NCBI GenBank assembly: GCA_963832955.1
Contig: CAWHWC010000001.1
Coordinates: 89,851-153,850, forward strand
DNA from: an uncultured Actinomycetes bacterium
Lineage (GTDB): Bacteria; Actinomycetota; Thermoleophilia; Gaiellales; JAICJC01
Direction of reading: 5' to 3'
DNA length: 64,000 bases
The first letter of the stretch is position 1; each line of letters opens with the position of its first letter. This document shows, piece after piece, positions 38,718-47,346 of the stretch. The position numbers were made by a program, and so were the translations under genes. Below the pieces are notes generated by a model. That model ran no database searches. It was not told where the DNA came from and saw only the letters and a list, made by a program, of their open reading frames with translations.

Positions 38718-39002
38718 GTGGACGGCCATGGAGGAATACGGGTTCCCGCATGGTTGGGCGGCCTTGTCCTTTCCGGGCCCGGAATCGCGTTCTCGGTGCA
38801 GGTGATGGCGCAGCAATCTCTGAGCCCGGTGCGCGCCTCGATCCTGCTCGGGGCCGAGGCCCTTGTCGCCGCGATCGTGGCCGCGATCTGGCTCGGAGAG
38901 CGGCTCTCGGCCCGGGCCTGGGTCGGCGCAGCCGTGGTCCTCGCCGCGATCGCCATCTCGGAGCTCGCGCCGCGGCGCGACGGCACCCACCCGGAGGGCT
39001 AA
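38718..39002 (+). pseudogene. 3' fragment of an EamA/DMT transporter gene (last ~3 TM helices only)
   Basis: ..LGGLVLSGPGIAFSVQVMAQQSLSPVRASILLGAEALVAAIVAAIWLGERLSARAWVGAAVVLAAIAISE matches only the C-terminal EamA repeat. The N-terminal ~200 aa are absent. Confidence 0.55.
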
Positions 39003-39085
39003 AGCCGTCGGCCCCATCGCCCGATAAGGGGACTTAACCCCCGTTCTTCGTCCTGCTTCTTCGCGCCTTCAGGAGGGCTCCGCAA

Positions 39086-39757
39086 ATGATCGACCTGGCG
39101 AGCATCCGTAACGCCTCGTTCACGCTTACCCCCACGGGATACAACCCCGAGGAGGTGGACCGGTTCCTCGCGGACCTCGTGGACCAGCTCGAGGCTCAGC
39201 CGATTTCCATCGAGGCGGCTCCCGCCGCCGCCGACCCGGCTCCCGCGCCGGTTCCGGCTCCGCGTCCGGAGGCCGATCTCAACGGCCTGACGGGCGCGAT
39301 CGACCGCACCATCGGTGCGCTCGACGCCTTCGTCCAGAACGAGCTGGCCGCGGTTCGCGCCGCCTCCGACCTCGAGGTCGAGGAGATCCATCGCGAGCGT
39401 GAGCGCCTGCTCGACGAGGCGGCGGACGCCGCCCGCGCCCATCTCGAGGAGGCCAAGGCCCGCGCCGAGGACGTCGCGTCGCAGGTGCGCGCCGACGCCG
39501 AGCAGGATGCCGCGCGCATCGTCGCCGCCGCCGAGGAGAAGAAGAGCCAGGCCGACGAGATGGTCGCCGCTGCCGCGCGCGTCCAGGCCCAGGTGCTCGG
39601 GTCGCTCGAGTCCGCCCGCGCGACGCTCGGCATCCCGACTGACGTCGCCGCAACCGCCGACGTCCATCCGATCGAGTCGAACGCCGCCGCGCAGCCGGAG
39701 CGGACCGCCGAGCCTGAGGCCGACGATGTCCGGGACGCGACGGATGCCGCAGCTTGA
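39086..39757 (+). CDS. DivIVA domain protein
   Basis: AGGAGG-type RBS. MIDLASIRNASFTLTPTGYNPEEVDRFLADLVDQL followed by coiled coil. Confidence 0.8.
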   Translation: MIDLASIRNASFTLTPTGYNPEEVDRFLADLVDQLEAQPISIEAAPAAADPAPAPVPAPRPEADLNGLTGAIDRTIGALDAFVQNELAAVRAASDLEVEEIHRERERLLDEAADAARAHLEEAKARAEDVASQVRADAEQDAARIVAAAEEKKSQADEMVAAAARVQAQVLGSLESARATLGIPTDVAATADVHPIESNAAAQPERTAEPEADDVRDATDAAA

Positions 39758-40772
39758 TGCACCGCTCGAACCGCTTCGCCTGACCGCCGCCGGCGGCGCG
39801 TCCGTCGACCTGGGCGCGGTCGCCGCCGGCGCACCCGTGGTGCTGGCCCTGCTCGAGGCCGAGCCTGAGCCCGGCCCGCGCCTCGACATGCTCCGCGAGC
39901 TGGGCCGCCGCCTGCGCGGCTCGGGCGCCCAGCTCGTCGTGGTGACTCGGTCCGAGTCCGCCATCGCCAAGACGCTCCAGGCGGAGGCCCTGGCGCTGTG
40001 CATGACCGACCCAGCGGCGAACGCCTTCGCAGCGCTCGGCCTGGTCGAGCGCGGCATCGGCCGCGTCCGGCGCCGCGGCGGGGTGTTCGTCGTCGACGGC
40101 GGCGGTGTGCTGCGGTTCGCGTATGTCGCCCAGCGCGACCACGAATGGGTGCCGTGCACCTTTGTGCTCGGACGTCTCCAGCGGCTCGGAATCGCCGCCG
40201 AGGGCGACGGTGCCGCTCCGGTTCCGAGCCCCGCCCAAGCTGCCGTGCTCGACCTGGAGGATGACGTCGAGGACAGCGCCATCGAGATCCTCGCAAGCGG
40301 CGTGGGCGCCGAGATGGGCATGTCGGCCGAGGAGCTGAAGGATCTCGCAACCGCCGCCAAGTTCCGCGACCTGGGGATGGCGACCGTGCCGGACGAGATC
40401 ATCACGAAGCTCGGCCCGCTCACCGACGACGAGTGGGCGATCGTGCGCAGCCACCCGCAGCGCTCGGCCGAGATGCTCGGGGCCGGCCCGGCCTTCGACG
40501 TGGCGCGGGCGATCATCCGCGCGAACCATGAGCACCTCGACGGTACCGGCTATCCCAACGGCCTCGCCGGCGCGGAGATCCCGACCGGCGCGCGCATCCT
40601 CCTCGTCGTCGAGTCGTACACCGCGATGACCGAGGACCGGCCGTACCGCAACCGGCTTGAGCCCAGCGCGGCGATCGAGCAGCTCGAGCAGCGCTCGGGC
40701 ACGGTCTACGACGCCGACGCAGTGGCGGCGCTCGCACGCGTCCTGCGCGGCCGCTCCACGCGCGCGGCCTGA
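39744..40772 (+). CDS. HD-GYP domain phosphohydrolase with N-terminal Cys-less redoxin-like domain
   Basis: C-terminal ..IVRSHPQRSAEML...IIRANHEHLDGTGYPNGL. N-terminal AhpC/TSA-like fold without the CxxC or peroxidatic Cys. Overlaps the divIVA-like stop by 14 nt. Confidence 0.75.
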   Translation: MPQLDAPLEPLRLTAAGGASVDLGAVAAGAPVVLALLEAEPEPGPRLDMLRELGRRLRGSGAQLVVVTRSESAIAKTLQAEALALCMTDPAANAFAALGLVERGIGRVRRRGGVFVVDGGGVLRFAYVAQRDHEWVPCTFVLGRLQRLGIAAEGDGAAPVPSPAQAAVLDLEDDVEDSAIEILASGVGAEMGMSAEELKDLATAAKFRDLGMATVPDEIITKLGPLTDDEWAIVRSHPQRSAEMLGAGPAFDVARAIIRANHEHLDGTGYPNGLAGAEIPTGARILLVVESYTAMTEDRPYRNRLEPSAAIEQLEQRSGTVYDADAVAALARVLRGRSTRAA

Positions 40773-40798
40773 CAAGACCGGCATCCTAGGATGCCGCG

Positions 40799-41629
40799 AT
40801 GGGACTCGTCCTCGGGCTCGCATCGAGCCTGGTCTGGGGCACAGCCGACTTCCTCGGCGGCGTCTACACGCGCCGGCTGACGCTGGCCTCCGTCACCGTC
40901 GGCTCGCAGATCGCAGGGCTCGCAGCGCTCCTGGTGGCGGCGGGGCTCATCGGCGGCGTGGACGAACGGCCGGTCGCGATCGGGCTGGCGGCGGGCGCCT
41001 GCGGAGCGATCGGGCTCTCGGCCTTCTACCGGGCGCTCGCCACGGGCACGATCAGCATCGTCTCGCCCGTGAGCGCGTGCGGCGCCCTCGTCCCGGTCGG
41101 GCTCGCGCTGGCGACGGGGGAGCGCCCGGGCGCCCTCGCGCTGGCCGGCTCGGCGGTCGCGCTCGCGGGAGCGGTGCTCGCGTCGGTGCATGAGATCCGG
41201 GGCGACCATCCCGCCGCGCGCAGCTCGATCGGGCTGGCGCTCGTCGCCGCGCTCGGGATCGGCGGGTTCCTGTGGTTCCTCGGCCGGGCCGCGGACGGAG
41301 GGCACACGCTGTCGGCGCTCCTGGGCGCACGCTTCGGGTCGCTGGCGCTCCTCGGGATCGGGGTGGCCGTCACCCGCAGCTCGATCGCGATCCCGCGCCC
41401 CGAGATCCCAGCGGTCGCCCTCATCGGCCTCCTCGACACCGCGGCCAACGGGCTCTTCGCCGTTGCGATCCAGCACGGCTACATCGTGGTCGTCTCGGTG
41501 CTCGGCTCGGAGTACCCCGTCGCCACCGTGATCCTGGCCCACGCGTTCCTCGGCGAGCGGATCTCGCGGCCCCAGATCCTGGGGGTCGTGCTGGCCCTCA
41601 CCGGCGTCGGGATGGTGAGCGCCGCGTAG
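40799..41629 (+). CDS. DMT superfamily (EamA) transporter
   Basis: 10 predicted TM helices in two EamA halves. ...YRALATGTISIVSPV... and ...AHAFLGERISRPQILGVVLALTGV. Confidence 0.85.
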   Translation: MGLVLGLASSLVWGTADFLGGVYTRRLTLASVTVGSQIAGLAALLVAAGLIGGVDERPVAIGLAAGACGAIGLSAFYRALATGTISIVSPVSACGALVPVGLALATGERPGALALAGSAVALAGAVLASVHEIRGDHPAARSSIGLALVAALGIGGFLWFLGRAADGGHTLSALLGARFGSLALLGIGVAVTRSSIAIPRPEIPAVALIGLLDTAANGLFAVAIQHGYIVVVSVLGSEYPVATVILAHAFLGERISRPQILGVVLALTGVGMVSAA

Positions 41630-41658
41630 GCCGAGCCCACGCGGCGCTCATCCCGGTG

Positions 41659-41961
41659 TCAGAGCGTGAAGCGGGCGATCCCTCGCACAGCTGCGCCCGA
41701 GATGCTCGTGAAGTACCCGCCGAGCCAGAGCTGGCCGCCGGTCAAGAGCAGTGCGCGGCCGCCCTTGAAGTTCTGCGTGTCGGGCAGCATGTGGGGAAGC
41801 CACGCGGCGTCCGGAGCGAAACCGGGCACGATCGCGCCGTTGACAGATCCCACGCCGGCGTCGGGCACCGCCGAGAGCGCGAATGCCAGGCTTGCGGCAA
41901 CCGCCGCCCAGCCAAGAGCCGCGGCGACCGCAACGGATCGCCGAAACCGCGTCATCTTCAT
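41659..41961 (-). CDS. Small secreted hypothetical protein
   Basis: Signal peptide MKMTRFRRSVAVAAALGWAAVAASLAFA. C-terminus ..GGYFTSISGAAVRGIARFTL resembles one blade of a propeller repeat. Confidence 0.4.
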   Translation of the reverse strand: MKMTRFRRSVAVAAALGWAAVAASLAFALSAVPDAGVGSVNGAIVPGFAPDAAWLPHMLPDTQNFKGGRALLLTGGQLWLGGYFTSISGAAVRGIARFTL

Positions 41962-42056
41962 CTCATCCCCTCCACCGCACGTCGAGCGGAGCCCGAGACG
42001 AGGGTACCGGTGGGCCGAGAATCAGTGAACCTGCGAGGCGCAGCCCCGCTGGCAGA

Positions 42057-42129
42057 TGGCGAGGGCCGGGATCGAACCAGCGACACCGCGATTTTCAGTC
42101 GCGTGCTCTACCAACTGAGCTACCTCGCC
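42057..42129 (-). tRNA. tRNA-Phe (GAA)
   Basis: GGCGAGGTAGCTCAGTTGGTAGAGCACGCGACTGAAAATCGCGGTGTCGCTGGTTCGATCCCGGCCCTCGCCA. 7-bp acceptor stem, anticodon loop CTGAAAA, GTTCGATCC T-loop. CCA is not encoded. Confidence 0.92.
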
Positions 42130-42237
42130 GCGGCCGGGATTCTATCGGCGCGGAAAACGAACGGCCTCCGGGACGGTGCTACCGCTCCTCGGAGGCCGTT
42201 CGACTAGTCCGGATTCCACCACACCGGGAGCGCCGGG

Positions 42238-43068
42238 TCAAGAAATTCGCCCGTGCCGGCTGGGAGAGAACTCGACGCCGATCTCATCCCCGGGCTCGGT
42301 TGCGGTGAGCTCGGCGGCGCTCCCCCGGTTCACGGCGACCGACAGGAGCCCCGAGGAATCCTTGTAGAGGACGAGCTCACCGGCGTCCACGTCGGCGAAG
42401 GTCTCGGCGCAGCGCACGTAGTAGCGGTCGTCGGGGGTGACGACCTCGGCCAGGCGGCCGGGCTCGAAGAGGCCGTCGAGCTCCGAGGCGAACACCGCGA
42501 GCTGGATGTTGCCGAACCGGTCGACGTGCTGCACTGACGCCGTGAGCAGCGATCCGTCGATCTCGTGGTCGACGCCGACCCGGCGCACGAGGTCGGCGGG
42601 GTCGAGCGCCGGCCCGAGGTCGGCCAGAGGCATCCCGGCCGCCAGGTGCCCCGTCGCAGGCGAGAAGACGTCGCGGGCGTGGAAGGTGCGCGAGACCGGA
42701 TGCAGCATCACGTCGGGATTCGTGATCTCGTGCGCCTCCACGATGCCGCCGCACGCCTCGGCCGCCGGGATCAGAAGGCCGTTGTCGGGGCCGACGAACA
42801 CGCGGCCGTCGCCGCTCCTGAGCGCGATGGCTTGGCGGCCCGACCCGACGCCCGGGTCGACGACCGCAAGGTGCACGCCGACGGGCAGGTACGGGACCGC
42901 CCCGGCGAGGACGCGGGCGCCGTGCCCGATCGCCTGCGCCCGGATCCCGTGCGTGACGTGGACGACCTGGGCCGCCGGGCAGGCGCGCAGGATGACACCG
43001 TGGCAGATGCCGACGAAGTCGTCCGCGGTGCCGAAGTCCGAGAGGAACGTGACGACTGCCGGGCTCAT
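42238..43068 (-). CDS. SAM hydroxide adenosyltransferase (DUF62, fluorinase/chlorinase-like fold)
   Basis: VTFLSDFGTADDFVGICHGV...VVDPGVGS...FVGPDNGLL...HARDVFSP...VDRFGN. Confidence 0.85.
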   Translation of the reverse strand: MSPAVVTFLSDFGTADDFVGICHGVILRACPAAQVVHVTHGIRAQAIGHGARVLAGAVPYLPVGVHLAVVDPGVGSGRQAIALRSGDGRVFVGPDNGLLIPAAEACGGIVEAHEITNPDVMLHPVSRTFHARDVFSPATGHLAAGMPLADLGPALDPADLVRRVGVDHEIDGSLLTASVQHVDRFGNIQLAVFASELDGLFEPGRLAEVVTPDDRYYVRCAETFADVDAGELVLYKDSSGLLSVAVNRGSAAELTATEPGDEIGVEFSPSRHGRIS

Positions 43069-43742
43069 CGCTTCGACGCCCGGAGGGCGATGATCCCCGG
43101 CGGGTCGCCGTGCACCTCCTCGACCCGGTCAAGCGCAAGCCCGGCCGCGGACACGTGGTTCAAGAGGTCGGCCAGCGGGACGTGCCGGGCGCCGGCCAGC
43201 CGGCGCACGCCGTCGCCGAACCCCGGGGCGTCGAAGTGCAGCGTTCGATCCCAGTAGCCCGGAGGGACGAGCACGCCGTCGTCGGTTGCATGCGCGTACG
43301 GCCCGACGAAGCAAGGATGCGTCCCGGCGTACACCAGCCGCCCACCGTGGGCGAGCACGCGCGCGCACTCGGCGAAGGCCGCCGCCGGCTCGTCGACATC
43401 GGTGTGCGTGAAGGTCGAGACGACCGCGTCGAAGGCGCCGTCGGCGAAGGGCAGCGAGGCGGCGTCGGCCCGGACGAGCGCGTCGGCGCGCCGGCCGGCG
43501 CGCAGCTCGGCGATCCGGAGCTGGTCGGCCGAAAGGTCGGCGCCGGTCGCCGTCCACCCGGCATCGGCGAGCTCGACGACGAGCCGGCCGCCGCCGCAGC
43601 CCACGTCCAGGCACCGGCCCGGCCCCCGGCCGAGCAGGCGCAGCACCGCGGCGATGGCCTCGGCCGTGAAGCTCGCCACCGCCGGGCGCTCCGACCACGT
43701 GTCGTACCAGTCGGCAAGGCCGTCGTAGCGCGCCGTGCTCAC
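43065..43742 (-). CDS. Class I SAM-dependent methyltransferase
   Basis: CLDVGCGGGRL motif I and ..FDAVVSTF.. motif. GTGA/ATGA overlaps on both sides. Confidence 0.8.
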   Translation of the reverse strand: MSTARYDGLADWYDTWSERPAVASFTAEAIAAVLRLLGRGPGRCLDVGCGGGRLVVELADAGWTATGADLSADQLRIAELRAGRRADALVRADAASLPFADGAFDAVVSTFTHTDVDEPAAAFAECARVLAHGGRLVYAGTHPCFVGPYAHATDDGVLVPPGYWDRTLHFDAPGFGDGVRRLAGARHVPLADLLNHVSAAGLALDRVEEVHGDPPGIIALRASKR

Positions 43743-45184
43743 GATCTCGGGACTCTACCGGCGGCCGCGCGCACCGCCTCGACAAGGCCGGGGACATCGT
43801 GTGGATCGGCCTCGGCGACCGGCTCGATCCCCGCCTCCCGCAGGCTGGCGCTCGTCACCGGGCCGATCGACACGGCCCGGAGGCCGGACAGGTCTCGCCC
43901 GTCCATAGCCTGAGCCAGGTTGGCGACCGTCGATGACGACGTGAACGTGACGAGGTCGGCGTCGAGCACGGTGTCGGGATCGACCGGCTCGGGCACGGAC
44001 CGGTACGTGTGCAGCACCGTGACGTCGGCGCCCCTCGCCAGGAGCCCGTCGGGGACCACGTCGCGCGCTCCCTCGGCCGCGGCGACGAGGCAGCGCCGCC
44101 CGCCGACGTCGCCGAGCTCCTCGAGGAGCGCCTCTCCGACCGCCCGCGCCGGCACCACGTCGGCGACGATGCCGCGGCCCCGAAGCGCCTCGGCCGTCGC
44201 GCTCCCGACGGCGGCGACCGTGACTCCCGCGAGCGCCCGGACGTCGGCCGGGAGGATCCGCTCGACGCCGTTCGCGCTGGTCAGCACGAGCAGGTCGAAC
44301 GTGGAGAGGTCGGGCGGGTCGAACGGAAGCGGCTCGATCCGGATCGCCGGCGCCTCGGTCACGGCCGCGCCGAGCTCCTCCAGGCGAGAGCGGAGGCCGC
44401 TCGACTGTGCCCGCGCCCGGGTCACGACGACCCGCAGGCCGTGGAGCGGGCGCCGCTCGAACCAGGCCAGGTGCTCGCGCAGGAGCGCGACCTCGCCGAC
44501 GACGGTGATCGCCGGCGCCGGCAGCTCGGAGGCGGCATCGGCGATGCGCGCCAGCGGCGCCGTCACGGTGCGCTGGTCGGGCCGCGTGCCGTGCGAGATC
44601 ACCGCCGCGGGCGTATCGGCCCGCATCCCGTGGGCGATCAGCCGGCGGGCGTTCTCCTCGAGCGCGCCGACGCCCATGAGGAAGACGAGCGTGCCGGGCG
44701 TCGCCGCGAGCGATCCCCAGTCGATCGCGCTCTCGGGCCGCGCCGGGTCCTCGTGCCCGGTCACGAACGTCACCTGCGCCGCCGTCCCGCGCTGGGTCAC
44801 CGGGATGCCCGCATACGCCGGAACGGCATGGGCCGAGCTGACGCCGGGGACGATCTCGAACGCGATGCCGGCGGCCGCGAGCGCCAGCGCCTCCTCGCCG
44901 CCGCGCCCGAACACGAAGGGGTCGCCCCCCTTCAGCCGGACGACCGTCTCGAGCCGGCCCCCGAGCTCCACGAGGAGGGCGTTCAGCCGCTCCTGCGTCA
45001 TCGCGTGCTCCCCTGGGCGCTTGCCGGCGTAGACCTTCTCGGCGCCCTCGGGCGCGAGCGCGACGATTCGCGGGTCGGCCAGGCGGTCGTAGACGATCGC
45101 GTCGCAGCGCTCGACCAGCTCGCGGCCGCGGACCGTGACGAGGCCCGGGTCTCCGGGCCCGGCGCCTACCAGGTAGACGGTCAC
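43739..45184 (-). CDS. cobA: Bifunctional uroporphyrinogen-III C-methyltransferase / uroporphyrinogen-III synthase
   Basis: VYLVGAGPGDPGLVTVRG...RLKGGDPFVFGRGGEE...VPGVSSA followed by a HemD-like half. GTG 45182-45184 in GTGA overlap with hemC. Confidence 0.85.
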   Translation of the reverse strand: MTVYLVGAGPGDPGLVTVRGRELVERCDAIVYDRLADPRIVALAPEGAEKVYAGKRPGEHAMTQERLNALLVELGGRLETVVRLKGGDPFVFGRGGEEALALAAAGIAFEIVPGVSSAHAVPAYAGIPVTQRGTAAQVTFVTGHEDPARPESAIDWGSLAATPGTLVFLMGVGALEENARRLIAHGMRADTPAAVISHGTRPDQRTVTAPLARIADAASELPAPAITVVGEVALLREHLAWFERRPLHGLRVVVTRARAQSSGLRSRLEELGAAVTEAPAIRIEPLPFDPPDLSTFDLLVLTSANGVERILPADVRALAGVTVAAVGSATAEALRGRGIVADVVPARAVGEALLEELGDVGGRRCLVAAAEGARDVVPDGLLARGADVTVLHTYRSVPEPVDPDTVLDADLVTFTSSSTVANLAQAMDGRDLSGLRAVSIGPVTSASLREAGIEPVAEADPHDVPGLVEAVRAAAGRVPRS

Positions 45185-45939
45185 GCGGCCGTCCAGTGCT
45201 GGAGCCTGAGCTCGCCGTCCTCGTGCCATGCGTGCGCCGCGACCGCCGCCGTGCAGCCGCCGCCGAGCCGGCGGACGCACTCGCGCTCGGCCTCCACGGC
45301 GGCGCGGCTGGGCGCGTGGTCGAGCGCGGCGACGAGCGGCTCCTCGCCCGCCCTGACCTGGACGGCGATCGCCCCCTGCCCGGCCTCCGGCACGAACTCC
45401 CGCGGATCGAGCAGGAACGCGATCCGATCGCCGAGCCCGAGACGCTCCAGCCCGGCCGCCGCCAGGACGATCGCGTCGGCGTCACCGGCGTCGAGCTTGG
45501 CGAGGCGGGTGTCGACGTTGCCCCGCAGCGGCACGACGCGGATCTCGGGCCGAAGCTCGGCCAGAAGGCCGGCCCGCCGCGCGGAGGAGGTGCCAACCCG
45601 GGCGCCCGCCGGGATCTCGGCGAGCGAGCGGTACCGGCCGCAGACCGCGTCGCGGGGGTCGGCCCGCTCGAGGATCGCCCCCAGCACGAGCCCGTCGGGC
45701 ATGTCGCCGGTCAGGTCCTTCGCGCTGTGGACGGCGGCGTCGATGTCGCCGTCCAGGAGGGCCCTCTCGATGTCGCGGGTGAAGACGCCGCGGCCGGTTC
45801 CGATCTCGGCGAACCTCCGCGCGGCATCGCGGTCGCCCTCGGTCGAGATGGGGACGAGCTCCGCCTCGCCGAGCCCATCGGCGACGATCCGGGCCTGCGC
45901 CGTCGCCAGCCGGCTGCGGCGCGTCCCCAGCCGGATCAT
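45181..45939 (-). CDS. hemC: Hydroxymethylbilane synthase (porphobilinogen deaminase)
   Basis: IRLGTRRSRLATAQA...GVFTRDIERALLDGDIDAAVHSAKD...RGNVDTRL...GGGCTAAV. Confidence 0.85.
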   Translation of the reverse strand: MIRLGTRRSRLATAQARIVADGLGEAELVPISTEGDRDAARRFAEIGTGRGVFTRDIERALLDGDIDAAVHSAKDLTGDMPDGLVLGAILERADPRDAVCGRYRSLAEIPAGARVGTSSARRAGLLAELRPEIRVVPLRGNVDTRLAKLDAGDADAIVLAAAGLERLGLGDRIAFLLDPREFVPEAGQGAIAVQVRAGEEPLVAALDHAPSRAAVEAERECVRRLGGGCTAAVAAHAWHEDGELRLQHWTAA

Positions 45940-47192
45940 TCGACGGCGGCCAGCCCGAAGAGCTCGGTGACCGCCTCGGCGTACGGTGCCGAGCCGTCCT
46001 CGGCCGCGAGCTGCTTCAGGCGGACGGTCGGCCGGTGGAGGAGCTTGTTCACGATCCCGCGCGTCAGGGCGTCGAGGCGCTCGCGCTCGGCATCGGAGAG
46101 GTCGCCCAGGCGCGCCCGCTCGAGCTCGGAGACCCGGATGCGCTCGGCGTGCGCCCGGAGCGACGTGATTGCCGGCACGACCTCGAGCGCCGCCATCCAG
46201 TCGCGGAAGCCGGTTGCCTGAGCGGCGACGATCTCGTGCGCGCGGTCAGCCTCGCCGTGGCGCAGCGAGATGGTCCGCTCGACCACCGCCTCGAGGTCGT
46301 CGATTGTATGCAGCGAGGCTCCGTCGACCGCCGCCACGTCGGGGTGGATGTCGCGCGGGACGGCGAGGTCGATCAGGACGCGCCGGCCGGGAGGAACGTC
46401 GCCGGCCGCGATGAGCGGCTCGCGGGCGGAGGTGGAGGCGACGACGACGTCGGCCGCGGCGATCGCGGTGCGCAGATCCGCGAAGTCGACCGCCTGGCCG
46501 CCGAATCGCGAGGCGAGCGCCGCCGCCCTGGTTGCGTCGCGGTTGGCGACCGCGATCGATCCCACGCCGCGCGCCGCCAGGTTGGCGGCGACGAGCTCGG
46601 CGACTCTCCCGGCGCCCACGACCAGCACCCGCGCGGTGGACAGCTCGCCGCCGAGCCGGTCGGCCGCCAGCTCGGCTGCGACCGAGGCCGGCGACGCGCC
46701 GCCCTCGCCGATCGCGGTCTCGTGGCGGACCCGCTTTCCGGCCTCGAGCGCCTGGTGGAACAGCCGGTTCGTCACCGGGCCGGTCGTGTCCCACTCGTAC
46801 GCCGACTCGTAGGCCTCGCGGATCTGGGCGAGGATCTGCGCCTCGCCGGGCACCATCGAGTCGAGGCCGCCGGCGACGCCGAACAGATGGCGCGCGGCGG
46901 CTTCGCCGTGGTGGACGTACAGCATGGGCTCGAGCCGTTCGGCCGCGTGCCCGGAGAGATGGCCGAGGCTCCCCACCGCCGCCTGGCGCATCGCACCGAC
47001 ATCGGCTCCGACCATGTAGAGCTCGCACCGGTTGCACGTCGAGAGGCCGACCGCCTCTGCCACGTCGGACGAGCCGGTCAGGACCTCGAAGAGCTCGCGG
47101 CCGTGGTCGTGCGCCGCCAGCCGCTCGCGCACGGCGACCGGGGCGCGCGTGTGGTTGGTGCCCACGAGGACGAGCTGGGCGGTGCTAGGCAT
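45936..47192 (-). CDS. hemA: Glutamyl-tRNA reductase
   Basis: LVLVGTNHTRAPVAVRE...LSTCNRCELY...VVGAGRVAELVA NAD(P) fold. Confidence 0.9.
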   Translation of the reverse strand: MPSTAQLVLVGTNHTRAPVAVRERLAAHDHGRELFEVLTGSSDVAEAVGLSTCNRCELYMVGADVGAMRQAAVGSLGHLSGHAAERLEPMLYVHHGEAAARHLFGVAGGLDSMVPGEAQILAQIREAYESAYEWDTTGPVTNRLFHQALEAGKRVRHETAIGEGGASPASVAAELAADRLGGELSTARVLVVGAGRVAELVAANLAARGVGSIAVANRDATRAAALASRFGGQAVDFADLRTAIAAADVVVASTSAREPLIAAGDVPPGRRVLIDLAVPRDIHPDVAAVDGASLHTIDDLEAVVERTISLRHGEADRAHEIVAAQATGFRDWMAALEVVPAITSLRAHAERIRVSELERARLGDLSDAERERLDALTRGIVNKLLHRPTVRLKQLAAEDGSAPYAEAVTELFGLAAVE

Positions 47193-47346
47193 CCCCGCTC
47201 CGCGCCTCGAGCATCCCGGCGATCTCCTCGAGCTGGCGCTCCAGCCGGCCGAGCTTCGCGTTCAGGATGACGACGTACGCCAGCGTCACGACCCACGCGA
47301 TGCCGTAGACGGCCGCGACGGACCGGACGGCCGACTCGTCGATCAT
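47185..47346 (-). CDS. ccmD: CcmD-like small heme exporter membrane protein
   Basis: 53 aa, one TM (VAAVYGIAWVVTLAYVVIL) then a charged tail. ATGA overlap with ccmC. Confidence 0.45.
   Translation of the reverse strand: MIDESAVRSVAAVYGIAWVVTLAYVVILNAKLGRLERQLEEIAGMLEARSGDA

Noticed and set aside
22610-38745. Prophage or integrative element interpretation of the accessory region
   Set aside because: Apart from one amidase_2 gene, there are no capsid, portal, terminase, tail, integrase, excisionase, relaxase or transposase-like translations in any frame.
42057-42129. tRNA-Phe as the integration site of the accessory segment
   Set aside because: The tRNA is 3.3 kb from the right border of the low-GC region and is separated from it by normal-composition core genes (DivIVA, HD-GYP, DMT). 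No integrase and no duplicated tRNA 3' end were seen.
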